A stretch of 64,000 nucleotides of DNA. It comes from Paraphysomonas bandaiensis. Its lineage: Eukaryota; Protista; Chrysophyceae. Location: the NCBI GenBank assembly GCA_965644295.1, contig CBFFRP010000418.1, positions 75,714 to 139,713 on the forward strand, given 5' to 3'. Below the pieces are notes generated by a model. That model saw only the letters and a list, made by a program, of their open reading frames with translations, was not told the DNA's origin and ran no database searches. The position numbers and the translations under genes were made by a program. How positions within the stretch are numbered: the first letter of the stretch is position 1; each line of letters starts with the position of its first letter. This document shows, piece after piece, positions 35,110 to 48,362 of the stretch.

Positions 35110-38100
35110 ATGGAGGACGCTGCTACTGTCATGCCCCGGGGAGTCCCCACGCTGTCTTATATCAGAGTGCTCAGTCAGGACGACAGCCAGGCTAGTGACA
35201 TTGCGATTGACGGAGACTTTGTTTCGATAGTAGAGCCTGGACAGGTGAGGGTTGGTTGGTTAAGGGAGGGGAGGGGAGGCTAAGCTAGTGTTGGTTAGGG
35301 CGGGTTGGGTGGGTTGGTTAGGGCTGGGTAGGATAGGATTGGGTAGTTGTGCTGTATAGAGTTAGTCATACGTGTGATGCTGTGATATTATATGTACAAT
35401 TAATTTTTGTTTCCAGCCAACAACTCGTCATGAAGTAGCTCACGTATTTGAGCGTGGTATCACTGACCAGGAACTATGTGAGGCTACCATTGGCCAGGAG
35501 GCAGGGGCGGCGATGGACGCATCACTAAACCCCATAGCTGCGTTTGTAGAAGACGCTGCCTCTGCTGTTATATTCATGGTGGGATCAAAATTTACGAAAA
35601 AATGGCAGTTCCTTAAGGTCAGTGGCTCTATCCGAATTGACCTTATTAATCTTAGAGCTTGCTCCACAGCGAGTTTTTCTACCATTCCTTGGAAATGAGT
35701 TATTCGCCTGCTTGTCGGACAAAGAGCAACAAGGTAAAGAAGTGTTTGAGTACGAGGCCACTCTATCAGCTTTCGAAATCCAGAATGAGGTCAGTGTTAA
35801 TCAATGTACACCGTATGGAATGCTATGACAAGAGTGTACACTCCTGTATATGTTAGTCATCATTGAGTGTACACAGGTCATTAGCGACCTACTTAGGCCG
35901 GCAAACAGAGGACTTGCAATATCAGTGACGCCTGAAAGTGGCGCTGTTGTCAAGGTACGCACCCCTATAACGACATGTATCGTGTAAGGCATATGTTTTA
36001 AGGGTATTCATAAAGAGAAAATATCGTCCGAGGCATCGTTAAGGCAACTGTTTGTGGACGCTTGTGATAATCGTTCCTCTCACACATTACCTCCTGGCGC
36101 AAGCATCGATACATCCTGTGTGGTGTGGGATATATCGCTTTCCCAGAAAGAGGGAGATGACGACCTTGTACTCTTCAACACCTCTCGCTTGCTGATAGTG
36201 GATGTACCCGCCGTTAACCCTCTCTGCATGACCACTCAGGATGCCAGAATGTTCGAAGGACCCAATATTCACAAGTCTCTCTTCACTTTTGCTGACTGTG
36301 TCAGGAAACTTGCTAACCCTGTTAAAATTGCTTTAGCCCCGTTTCGTTCATCGAAATTGACACATTTCGTGGGAGAGCTCCTTGGTGGAAATGCGATTGT
36401 GGTGGCTATCGGGTTACTGCACTCTGGAGAGCCAGCTGTGTCCAGGAAAACTCTCGAGCTGATGAACCATCTAACCAACGCTAGGTACGCTGCCCAAATC
36501 TTGATGTGTGAGGATTTCTTTATTGCCTGTGAGGCTAAACGTGTGTGTTATGCGACTGTTTCTTAGGCACTACCCCATATCAGGAAAGGAGATGAGCGAA
36601 ATTGTTCAGGTATCAAGATACTCTATTTGATTGATCGTATATGTATCACCTGTAGCTTTCCAATGTATTGATGCCGGCATTACATGTTTATACATGGAAG
36701 TCTATTGTGACCTAGGCACTGAAAATATAATCTCTCTACCTGTACAGGGGCTAATGATGAAGTATCGCTCTATGATTCTCAATATGGAGGATGAGGTGGC
36801 AACCGCAAAGCTGGACATACCTATGGATGACAAAAATAAAGAGAGAGAAATGGAGGACATTTTAGCTGCCCGAACGAAATCTATAGAGGATCGTATGGCA
36901 GAACTACAGAAGGACCTTGCCCAGGCTATAATTGAGAGAACGGAGGCCAAAGAAGACACCGCCAAAGTGTATGAGATGCTGGAGATTATGAAAGCGAAAT
37001 ACACCACTCTTATAGGTATTGCTTACGTTGTCAGTATCATTGCATGCTGATAGATATCTAGAGGAGCGCAAGGAACAAAATGAGGAACTACTAAAGGTTG
37101 AAACTGAAAAATTAGAAGTGGCGAGGGCGTTGGTGGACATGAAAATGGTATGAAGAGATATGTTTGCCACTTAGTTGCATCACGTGAGTTCGTTGTAGGA
37201 GCTGAGCAACTTCATGGAGGAAGCTGAGAAGGAAAAATTTGAAATGACGTCGAACATTCTCGCTCTCAAGAATGAGCTCTTCGAGATAGATGAAAAGGAG
37301 CAATTGGCTAGGGTCTGTATGTAGTCAAAATTAACGTATTTTTGTTAACATGTTGATAATAGCTGGAACTTAGTAGCGCCCAAAAGGAGCTTACAGAAGC
37401 CAATCGTGCTCTAACACAAGAGAAAGAAAACTGCACACAGGTTTACCTATAAATATTTTTATTACAGATATGCCTCTAACCATATATCCAGTTTAAAACT
37501 CAGTTGAATGATATCCGAGAACAGTTGGAAAAAGTAGAGGCCAGAAATTTGGATCTAAGTAGATTTTTTTACCAATATTGTGATTATATATTTTATGTGT
37601 TTATTCTGTAGGTGCTGAGCTAGTGACGCTTCTAAACACGAAAGATACTTTAACGGCCGAGCTGGCAAGTGCCCGTAAACAAGTTGCTGATATGGAGGAA
37701 ACCCTCAATATGGACAGCTCAGACATAACTGCATTAAGAAGCGCCAACTCGGATCTGGAAGCTAAGGTACTCTATCATGTGAATATGATATTATCACGCG
37801 CTGGTCGTTTGCGTGGTTGCCTTAACACTTGAAGTACCTACATGCTCTCTCTCCCCTATCCTCATGTTAATGTGTTGTTTCTTTGCATGATAGGTGAACG
37901 ATCTGGAAAATGAAAATGACCAGCTCCAGAGACAACTCACAGAAGAGAGGTTTGAGATTCACCGCATGAAGATTGAGTTAGAGAAAAGTAAGTTAGAGTT
38001 CGAACAAAGCGCATCAGAGTATCTCAAGGATAAGGATGCGGTTCTGAAACGTGAAACTCAGGCCGTACAAGCAGAACTTCATCACCTTCAGAACGAAAAG

Positions 38101-40056
38101 GAGCAGCTTATGGTGACCCTCAGAAGAGAAGAGCGCAAGAAACGAGACGCAGTGAGGGACGCGGAAAGGGCCATCCAGGAGCGTGAGGAGGCAGTGGCAC
38201 GTATGCAAGCAGCCTTAGAGGAGGCGAGTCATATCAGAGAAGCCTATAGGAACCATCTCAATGCAGAATTAAAGTCAGATGAGAAATCAGAGAAGGATGG
38301 ACCAATTCGAAAGCCTATCGAATCTAAGCCATCTACAGCCAAGCATATTTCTCGTCCAGGAAGTAGCCGCAGTCAATTAGATGGAAAGGGTACATGGGAG
38401 GAAGTTGTGGAATCGTACATAAGCAATGAAAGAGCCCTGTATGGTCAACTAGATGTAGCCAACGAAACAATTCAAAAGCTGACAGTTTCCCGAAGGCAGT
38501 TGTTTGATCACTACAGGTGGTCTCTAGACATCTATAATTATCTGTGTATTATTGACTGATACTTTTTATACTTATGAGATTGTGATATAAATGTCATATA
38601 TATTTTTATACGTGAAAGGAATGCTCGCTTATGACTTCGATGTGTTATTCCAGGGCAGCAATCGACGTCATCGAAGACAACTGTCCAACCTGTTTACCCG
38701 AATATATAATTCCTTCTGAGTTTGACACAGCTCGCCCCATGACCAACACTGTTGGTAATAATGAAAGGAAAAAAGAATCCCAAGAACCATCTAGAGCGGA
38801 GATGAGGGCTCTGGAGACTCGAGTGAAGGTAGCTGAAGATGCCCTCTTGCAGGAGCAAGAAAAGACTTCCGCGGTCGTTGCCAAATATAGGTGCATGTAC
38901 ATAGTGTGCTTTGTATCTATTTTTCATTTCAACATGTGTGATATAAGATATTTTATACACTATATACCCCTCGATTTTTAGCGATACGATATAATGCAGG
39001 AGAAGTTTACAAAAGATAGAGAAAGAGGCCAGCCAGAAGACAGAGGAAAACGCTTTCCTGAGAGAGCGCATAAAGATCATGACAGAGAGCGGGGTGGGAG
39101 ATCAATCTGGGACAGAGCGGGTTCAGGATATGATGACGCGGATGCACGCTCAAATCGATGAACTCAAGAAGAAAGGAGGAAATAATGCTGAGCTCCGAAA
39201 ACAACTCATCGGTAAGTCTTCATCCGGTTGATCCATATGGAGAGTAGTCACAGAGAACTGTTTTGAACGTTTGTTTCAGGGCTGAAGGCCCAATGTGGAG
39301 TGCTACAGGAAGAGAATCAAGAAATGCGTGCGTTGTTGTTGCGTAACGGCGGAGGACCTGGAAGTGGAAGCAAGACTGAAGCCTATATGCGTAAGCTTGA
39401 GGAAAATGCTGACACTGCACTTCTTCACCAGGTGGGTGATTATTTTCTTGCACACTTGAGGCAATAGATTTTAATATTTTGCCTACAGCTTCGAGAGGTT
39501 GAAAGTAGGAATTCCTCTCTGACATCGAGGTAATATTATGTGTATTTGCGTGCACAAGGGTGATGTTTTTTGCGTATATGTACATGTCGGGGTGGCGTTG
39601 TTTCTTGTTGTAGATAATGTGTGAATGTGATACAGGAATGCTGGCCTTGAGGAGGAGTTGAGGACGTATAAGGTTTATATGCGCGACACGGTGTCACAGT
39701 ATAAGAGACAGGTGCCAGACGTGTATTTTTCTTCTGCGTACACTGTGTAACGTAGGTGTTTATGCTGTGCGTAGATTAAAGCACTACAAGCTCAACTGGC
39801 GTCGTATAACGTACCTAACGGCAACAACCACTCTAGACCTCTACAACTATCTCTCCCCGACCAGTCGGGGACACATACAGATCTACTTCACAAGTACCTA
39901 GATATGGATAGTCATGGTCCTTCCCCTAAGGGGAAATTACACAGGGACAATGTAAAAAGGATTGGCTCCAACAGTGCCAGGGAACCTTTGACATCGGGGC
40001 GACAGCAGGGCAAAGAATCACCTAATAACGACAGATTCTCTCTACCGTTAATATAA
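35110..40056 (+). CDS. Degenerate kinesin motor domain plus long coiled coil with CCDC78/DUF4472-like segments
   Basis: Kinesin landmarks: FEIQNE.I.DLL, IHKSL, PFRSSKLTH...LLGGN. Tail segments KLEVARALVDMKME...EKFEM...LAL.N and ...RNAGLEEELRTYKVYM...V.QYKRQI resemble CCDC78. About 20 exons. Confidence 0.8.
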
Positions 40057-40479
40057 GTCATATAGTAGAATATATACCATGCGATACCATACGTTCTTGT
40101 CGAGAGGGAAGACTTCTATTGGCTTTTCTGTCGGTGTGTATGAGAATGCCAATGAATATGATATTTAGCAACTTGCGTGTGATCAGTAACTTGAGTTGGT
40201 TTTCATTTGTGTGTATATAACATCATGAATTTAATGATTGTTTGGAAGTTGAATGAGCGCCAAGTTTTTACACGACTTTGTGTTGGTTTATAAGTTGTTG
40301 TCAACATCGTGGAGTAGTTAGGTGTATCCTCGTCGATACAAGTTATAGTGCACTAGGTTGGTGTTCATTCAATGGGAATGAACATATCTCTAAAGTAGAT
40401 CTCCACGTAAACCTGGAAAAATAATTAGGTTTTTAGACACAAAATTCTGAATGTATAGATTCACGATACTTCTAAGAAT

Positions 40480-41750
40480 CTTGTTCATATTCGACAAGGC
40501 CGTCGACGTGAAAAAATGAAGTAAATTCTATATGAACACGTAAACTGATTTTGGTGAAGTGTCGTTATGAGTGACTCCAGGTATTGCTGAACAGATATGA
40601 TGGTTTGATCAAGATTAGGGAACAATATATTGAATTGAATATAGTGCAATAACATTGTTGGCCAGTTTAAAAAACTGTTGTCACTCATCTCTTGACAACT
40701 TCAGTAGATTCAACCCTCTTGACGCCTGTAACGTAGTGGTCATAGCTTTACTGTTTTTTTGAGAAGGTACCTTTCCCTGGGCGCACTAGCTCTCGTGTTA
40801 CTCATTCCACATCCTCTTTGAAAGATGTCTCTCCCCTACCGCCTGCTCGTCTAATCCTCTTCATGTTTTCCCCATGTGCTACTGCATTTGTTGCACATGA
40901 AAGTACCCTCCTATATGTGAATGTTGTGCTAATAACCTATATGGATTAAGAGTCCTTTCTTTCATATTACGTGCTATTGATTTAACATTCTCAATGCTGT
41001 TTCGATTTGTCTTTTTCCCGTCATGGGCTTCTTGCTTCACACTGTGCTTTCACTGAAGAACCCTCAAGATTTAGATGAGTGTTTCAGCTTGTTGATCTTC
41101 CACCAGTTACTTGCCACTCTACTTTTAGCCATATTACCACCACTTGCCAACTCCTGGCTCTTCTTCTACACAGCTGGTCAACTAGGGCCTACAAACTTTC
41201 ATTCCCTTGCCCATATTGACACACTGCGTGGAGGCTGCGCACATGCAACTCGCCTATGAGGATTGTTGTGTGGTCAATGTCGTTGATAGATTTTCACTTG
41301 CCACACAGACTCATGCTAGTATCACAGAAACGCTCATACCGTTGCTCCCTTCCCTGCAGAGTAGCCTCCTCATCATATCAGTCATGGCTATTTTACCCCA
41401 TCGGACTCCCGCCGCCAGTTTTGGATAGAATACATAGAGTGTCGTGGGTCAGGAAATGCGAAATCCAACTCGTGTCTTGCCAGAAGAGCCACACGAATGC
41501 TGCGGGATTGATTATTGTTAGCACTCCCACATCGAGAGAAACAAAGGAATCCGAGTTACCGACTCAGTTCGGTGTCTGATCAAGCACCAAGATCACCCCC
41601 TTCCTTTCATTACACCTGTAACTTTTTACTGTAGTGATCCTTCATCAGAATTCTGATCGTCGCAGCACCCTTCTTTCACAATGTGTCAATGAGGCGGCAG
41701 TGTTGCAATTTGTGTGTTAGATATCATCCGAATAAAGAATAGACACTAAC
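40480..41750 (-). pseudogene. Probable degraded coding or TE relic
   Basis: GC content is higher than the flanks. The minus strand has stop-interrupted protein-like stretches, for example ...NAVAHGENMKRIRRAGGRGETSFKEDVE*. Family not recognised. Confidence 0.25.
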
Positions 41751-43409
41751 TAGAGGCAGGTGATAGATATGAGATCAGTTGTTAGTATTATAACTATGTT
41801 AAAAATTACACTGCACATTAAAGTAGCCGTTAAGATTCGAATGTGAAAGTGCATAATCAACAACAGCACATAATATATTATAGTTAGAACTAATATAGAG
41901 TATATTGACAGTTAAGATCGTTAAGAAAAGTTTATTGTAATCAAACTCTAGATAGACTTTTATTATATTGCATACACAACTGTGTGTGTTGTAATTCGTG
42001 TCAACCACTGCTCAACTTCCGTATCTTGAATCGTCATGATACAATACTTCAGTTTCGCAGTTATAGCTATATAGTATCTCTGACTGCGTATTACTGTTTT
42101 CACATTGTATTTAACGTATTCTACAGTACTATCTTAGAGAAACATACGTATTCCAACACGCCTCCTCAAGAATGTAGAAACGAGTAATATTAATGACAAA
42201 TGCAGTGCCACATGCTAAATTAGAGCGCTTGAAATCGGTGTTATAAGAGAATTTGAAATATTTTCTATCATTCTCCAGAAAGATGGCACCGAGCAGGTTG
42301 ATCTTAGTGATGTGCATTCATTTATTCACAATACCTTAGTGATGCGGACACAACTATGAACCATACCTTTAGTACCGCTGCTTGAAGTATATTTACACCA
42401 CTACTATTAGTGTAGAAAGGCTTTTCAGTATAGCAAATAATATCAACATAGGTAATCTGTGGCACCTCATCGATTGGAGGCCTTTATGCTTTAGCTTTAA
42501 TTTACTTCTGTGGAATGCAAGTGCAGTTGAAAATACTACACGTTCTTGCAATGAGTAGCTAATTTAATTAGACAATAATTGACAATTATTATAATTAAAT
42601 TGCTCTATTATAATCGCGCAAGCTATAATTAATATTTGCTATTTAATTGCTCAAAAGCTTTTACAATTTAATTACAATTAATTGTTACGCAGCCCTGGTA
42701 TCCAGGAGATCTTGATTCATAGAATCAATAATTATAACTTTACTACAGACAGTATTATATTATCTTAAATATAATATGTACGAGCATAATCATATATAAT
42801 AGAGTGATGATGTAATGACCATAGTATAAAATAACCAGATAGCTGGTCATTACAACCGTATAAAATCGTATGAAATGGAATAGTAGTTGAGGTAACATAA
42901 ATTTGGTCAATGACAATGTATGTTATGAGATATTGATTATGATTTTTATAAGAATATTGAGTAAGTTTAGACCATCCACAATATGAAAAATTAAATACTA
43001 GGAATTAGGAATATAAGGAAGTGGTGATGCTGGCAATGTGGTGGTATGCCCCTACACCCTAAAGGTAATACTGGTTTACTTATGGTTCTTATTTATACTT
43101 TATACGCAAGGAAAAAAACTGGAAACAATACGAACGATTAGGAGTTTTCAAGGTCTGATAATTGCGCTGATGGGGACGAAAACATTGGTATCCTCTTATG
43201 AATAAAAGAAGAGACGTGAAACAGAGGTGCTTAACATTTCCGGTGCTGAATTAGCATAATACCTACTCTGTCAAAAAGAACTTAACATACATTCTACGTT
43301 AATAAGATAACAGCTAGACCTAATTGTCATAGCATCCGCGTACCACTTGCTCAGCACGTACTACGATATCGAAACAAGATCGTGTATCTACAGTCGAAGT
43401 ATTATAAAA

Positions 43410-46060
43410 TCACTCTTCCAAAGAACAAACCATTACATTTTCATCTAAATTGTCCCACTTTTTTGAGTGCCACTGACTGGTCATTGGACTAGCTTGTTGT
43501 TTGCTCAACGGCCACCTAGAAATAGAGCGAATAGGAGACGCCACTGAAGGAGTACGTCTTGTGGTACTGTAGTTTAATACGGGTGTGCAACTTGACCATA
43601 CACTGTCAGCTTCGCTTCCAGATGGGCTCTCAATAGTCTCCCATAACGTGCTGCCGGCACTATCATCCATACTATCGCTGGATGATATTGATATATCTAA
43701 TAGCGCTCCAGATGACGTCACAGATCCCTCTTGATGATCTTCAGTGTGCGACGAACGCAAATTCGAAGAACGAACTACAAATAAGTCTTTCAACTCATTC
43801 ACTATACGACCAAACCTACGACTCATATCAAAGCTAGAATCACTTGCTTGCTTTTCATCAGATTGATCAGTTTTCCTCCTCCCCTCCTCGCTTTTATAGG
43901 ATGTTGAAGACATGTGGGTGTCGGAAATCAAATTCGAAGATGTAGAGTCATTTAAGTGAATGGCAACTTCTTCTTCAGTAGATCCTTGAGAAGGTTGCTG
44001 ACCTTTTAAGATTGCTAACCAATTGGGCCTCCCCGCAACACCCATTTCTAATTGCCCGTTCATGTCTATATCTGAGTGACCACTTTCATTGTTAAGTTCC
44101 ACGTGTTTATTTACCCCCTTGCTACTTGCAAAGCAAAAGATATACACCAATACACATTGGCATATGCAGACTCCCACGGCAGCTGTCCCAAACACAACCC
44201 CATTGGAAAACTTCGCTAATTTTCCTGTCCCCAAAATTCCAGGTGCGGTCGGTGATTGTGATGGTGAAGGGGTAGGGGGTAATTCTGTTGTCGGGGACGG
44301 TGTGGGTGAGAAGGTATTCATATAAGCATATACTTTTCGTACTGCATCATTACTCATATCAGCTACGAGCAACGCATCGAAAATAGAATCGGAGTTTTTG
44401 TTACTCTTCCTTTCCGATTCTGACGGATAAATACACAAACTCATCGGGTATGCAAACTCTGCACTAGTGACAACAGAATCTACATAGCCCCCTGGGCCCC
44501 CTGATAAATATCATATCAAATCCATAATAGTAAGTAAAAATAATCAGAGATGTAATAGCTACATTTTGAAATACAAAAATAGCGCAAACAGATCATACTC
44601 GTAAAAGCATACACCGTACCTATTAGGGTGTATGTGGTCGTATTGTCTCCATATGAAAAATCTATACCACTGTACGTGTCAACAACCCCGGTATTCAAAT
44701 CAACACGCCGGACTGTCAAGGACCCAAATAAGTAAGAGGCATCCATAGTATTCGGATACGCTTCAGTGAAGTAAATCACCCCCCCTGAGGAGTCCACTCT
44801 TATATGGATTGGAAAAGACAATAGAGCTTCCTGTTCGCCACCATCCTCACTTGCTGCAGCAACTCTACCGTCCGCACTCATTTCATGTTTGATCCCACTA
44901 CTACTTCCAATGTTTCCGTCATTAGAAGCACTGCTACTAATGTGGGTATGAATAAGACCGTTAAGTGCATATGGTGGTGTATCTCCCGCTACGTTCCAGC
45001 GAAAAGTACGAGACTCATCACCCACCAATACAATAATGGAAGTGTAGGGTTCAGTAGTATCCATGGGTACCTAAACAGCCAAATATGGCAACATCAAATA
45101 TAAATACTGCAAATATGTACGTACAATATATAAATCACTCCACATATACTTAACCACATTATGCTACTGATTTCTATACAGGTTCCGTTGAGCATCACAT
45201 AATAGCAGCAAAACGATGCAGAACGCAACACTTTAATTCCATGGAAGCAGTAGCACTATATTGCAATCGCAATATGCATGTGTAAATTTACTGACCTGGA
45301 GGATTACGTTTTTGGCAAATGATATTGCGACGTAAAGTACTTTTCTCTTCTCGTCAGGAGCAACAGAATAGATGCAGCTCCTAAGATTAGCTGACAGGGG
45401 ATAGCCATTTATACTCAAATAGTCTGACAGGCTAGTATATACAGTTACTATGGCATTCTCCATGACCCCACGTAACCCATTTGTTGAAGTAATAGCATAT
45501 AGTTGCACAGTATCGACCACATACAAAACATCACCAGATATCTGCACATCAAGACCTGGAAAATACCCTCCACTCTGAACATTTTTTTGAAATTGAACTA
45601 CCTCTTGATATCCAGACACATAGGTGGTCATTGTTCGCGTTTGATCAGACGGAAAGTCCAGTACCCGAATCAACCCGCTTCGCTTTTCGGTCACAAATAA
45701 TCTGTTGTTTGATTCATCATATGCCATACGTGTAGGAAGGGAAAACGTAGAAAACAAGAGCTGTCCATCGAGATTCCCAGCTGTAAACGGGGTCCCAGCA
45801 ACAATATTATGCTGCTGTGTGACTGCATTAATGAAGTATATCGCTTGTAGAGAGAGAGACGATACAAAACATCCATAAGTGCCTTTAAAGTATCCCACTT
45901 CCACTCCAGCCGGCTGAGAAATGTTTCTGGAAACTGTTCCCACACTATAATGCCCACCTTCCACTGGGAACTCTTCATACAGCTCCCTCTGCTGAGACAA
46001 GACATCAGACGAGACTGATAATCTCAATAAACAAACAGAAAGCAAATAGAAGCAGAGCAT
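43410..46060 (-). CDS. Type I membrane protein with NHL/beta-propeller-like ectodomain, PT-rich stalk and Ser-rich cytoplasmic tail
   Basis: Signal peptide. NHL-type strings AGTP..AG..DG......FS.P..MAYD...RLFVTE and GGYVDS....AEFAYP. PTPSPT stalk and TM segment VVFGTAAVGVCICQCVLVYIFCF. At least 3 exons; internal boundaries are approximate. Confidence 0.75.
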
Positions 46061-46668
46061 GTTATGAGGACAGAGATGTGGATGAGCTCACGCCTCCTCA
46101 CACAGATCTCGTTTAAGTTCTTTCACTGATAGTGTCGTTAATCAAAGGCTGAGATACATGTGCACTGTGCTGAGCGCTCTGCGTGTGTTAATATACACGA
46201 ATGCAGCTCATTAAAATTTCCAGTCTGCTTTTTTTCTGCCTGAAAATCAGTAAAAAAGACTGAAAATTAATACTGCTGCTGTAGGTATGTATATTGTGGT
46301 GTGTGGATATACAGGAGTGTATATATTTTTGTTCCAAGATGCCTCTAATATTGAGACAACAATTATCTGTATTCCAGCCGTAGTTGTGCTTCAGTAATAT
46401 AGACGAATTTTACTTCAACATATTCCCGAAAAAATACAGCAGACATCATTTTACCAAGTCGCAAAGTGCGGCGCAATAAAATGACACAAAAATGTGTGCA
46501 GAGAGGCCGAGTTGTATGGCATGGTATTCTTGTGTGTAGTTTGGGTGTATATGTGTACACGCTTATCGTAAGATGATGCGATGTACAGCAGTATCAGTGG
46601 TGGCCATTAGCACTGACACATTCACTCCAAGTCTGCGTGTACACACAACATCCTTCTTGCTAATCACG

Positions 46669-48362
46669 ATGCAAGACGATAAGCTGCAACGATTGCACGA
46701 TACTTTGGCGAAGTTGGCGCCCAGAGGGAAGGTCGGTGGTTTGGGTTATTCGAGCTTTGCCAAACAGGTGAGAGCCACTGCAAGCATGCTCTACATGCAC
46801 ACATACATACAGCACAACACACTGACTTACCTGCAGGCAAGAACCCGGGACAACACCCTCCCTAATAATGGTACAGCACTGCATGAGACTGTTTGGATGA
46901 TGTTAACACTTCTTCTATAGCGCTCTATAACTGTTTCGTGAGGGCTGGTCAGGGACTTTACCACAAGCGTAAGTTTGATGACGTGGAAGAGACAGAAGAG
47001 ACAGAAGAGAAAGGTACGAGTCCTGATGTAGTGCTGCAAAAGTATAGTTTGTTTTTGGGTATTTGTTTGATATTTTGATCCAGAGGAAAAGAAAAAGAAA
47101 AAGTCCAAGAAAAATAAAGCTGAGGTTGAGGAGAAAGATCATACTTCATGTAAACTAGAGTTGTTTTGTTCAAAACGTTAGAGCATGTAATGCATTATTC
47201 ATAGTACCCATGAAAAAAGAGAAGTCGAAAAAGAAATCTCAAGTTAAGAAGGGGAAAGAGACTGCTCAAGATGTAAGATCTCACACATACCATCTAGTGC
47301 TCGCCGATGTCAGATGCTAAATATATCAAAACTTGTGTAGCGCTTTCTCTTTGATCTTTGTATACCCTGCACTGACTATTATTGATACTTCACAGGACAA
47401 TATGACGTCGTCTGAGACAGTCATATCTGGTATGTGAGCGAAAATGGCATATTATCTTCTGTAACAATGTCAATAGCTAACACTAAAACTAAGTCTAAGA
47501 AGTCTAAGAAAGATAACAAAGAAATAGTAGCGGAGGTAGAATTAAAAGCTTCTATATGTTTATTTACATAATTTCGTATTTATGTAGGCACCAGAAACAT
47601 TAGGTATGGCATCATAATTGAGAAGCTTCGATATAATAGTCTGATACGATAGTTTGAATATCATTTTCTTTGCTAATTGTATATTTATATGACTAGATAC
47701 AAGTTCGAAAAAAGCGAAGAAAGATAAAAAGCGAAAGTCTACAGAAATGCAATTGGTATGTACCCCATATCTCAGACATGTTCTGCTTTGTGATATATAT
47801 TTACTGATCTATGTTTATCGCCGTTAGCTATTATTAAATATGCGCACTAGAATTATATGTACTGCTGCTTATATATTTCTAACTGTCTGACTGTCAGGAG
47901 GAGCCTGTTGTGGACAAGAAATCACCGTCAGGTTATATGCGTATCTTGTAGAATACTCCTGTGTGTAGTAATACAGTTATAGTTATTTATTGAGCACCTT
48001 GCTATGTTTGCGTTTCACGTTTAACATCAACAGGTGATAAGAAGGTGAAGAAGGACAAAAAAAATATAAAGAAATTCGGTGAGGAACAATCTGAACAACC
48101 TGTCGCCGAAGGTAACACGTGTATTTAAGAAGCGTATTATTTTGATTGAGAACATACTATAGTTCCAGTGGTTAAAAAGAAGAAAAAAGATAAAAAGCAA
48201 GAAAAGGCGCCTGCTGCACCCGAAGTAGCACCGGAAGTAACAGGTGAAAACCTAGCCATTGTTCTGTAGTATTTGTGCTCAATGCAGTGACTAATGCGGC
48301 TCTTTATCATAGAAGTGGCGAAACCGAAGAAAAGCAAAAAGAAGAAACTAAATAAGGAATGA
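46669..48362 (+). CDS. Lys-rich, probably nucleolar or nuclear protein encoded by ~13 small exons
   Basis: MQDDKLQRLHDTLAKLAPRGKVGGLG...ALYNCFVRAG, then many KKxKKDKK exons of about 16-100 nt, each bounded by AG/GT. Confidence 0.7.

Noticed and set aside
42555-42697. hAT-like transposon end (AATT-rich subterminal repeats ending ...TTACGCAGCCCTG)
   Set aside because: No matching opposite terminus or TSD was found in the window; too weak to call.
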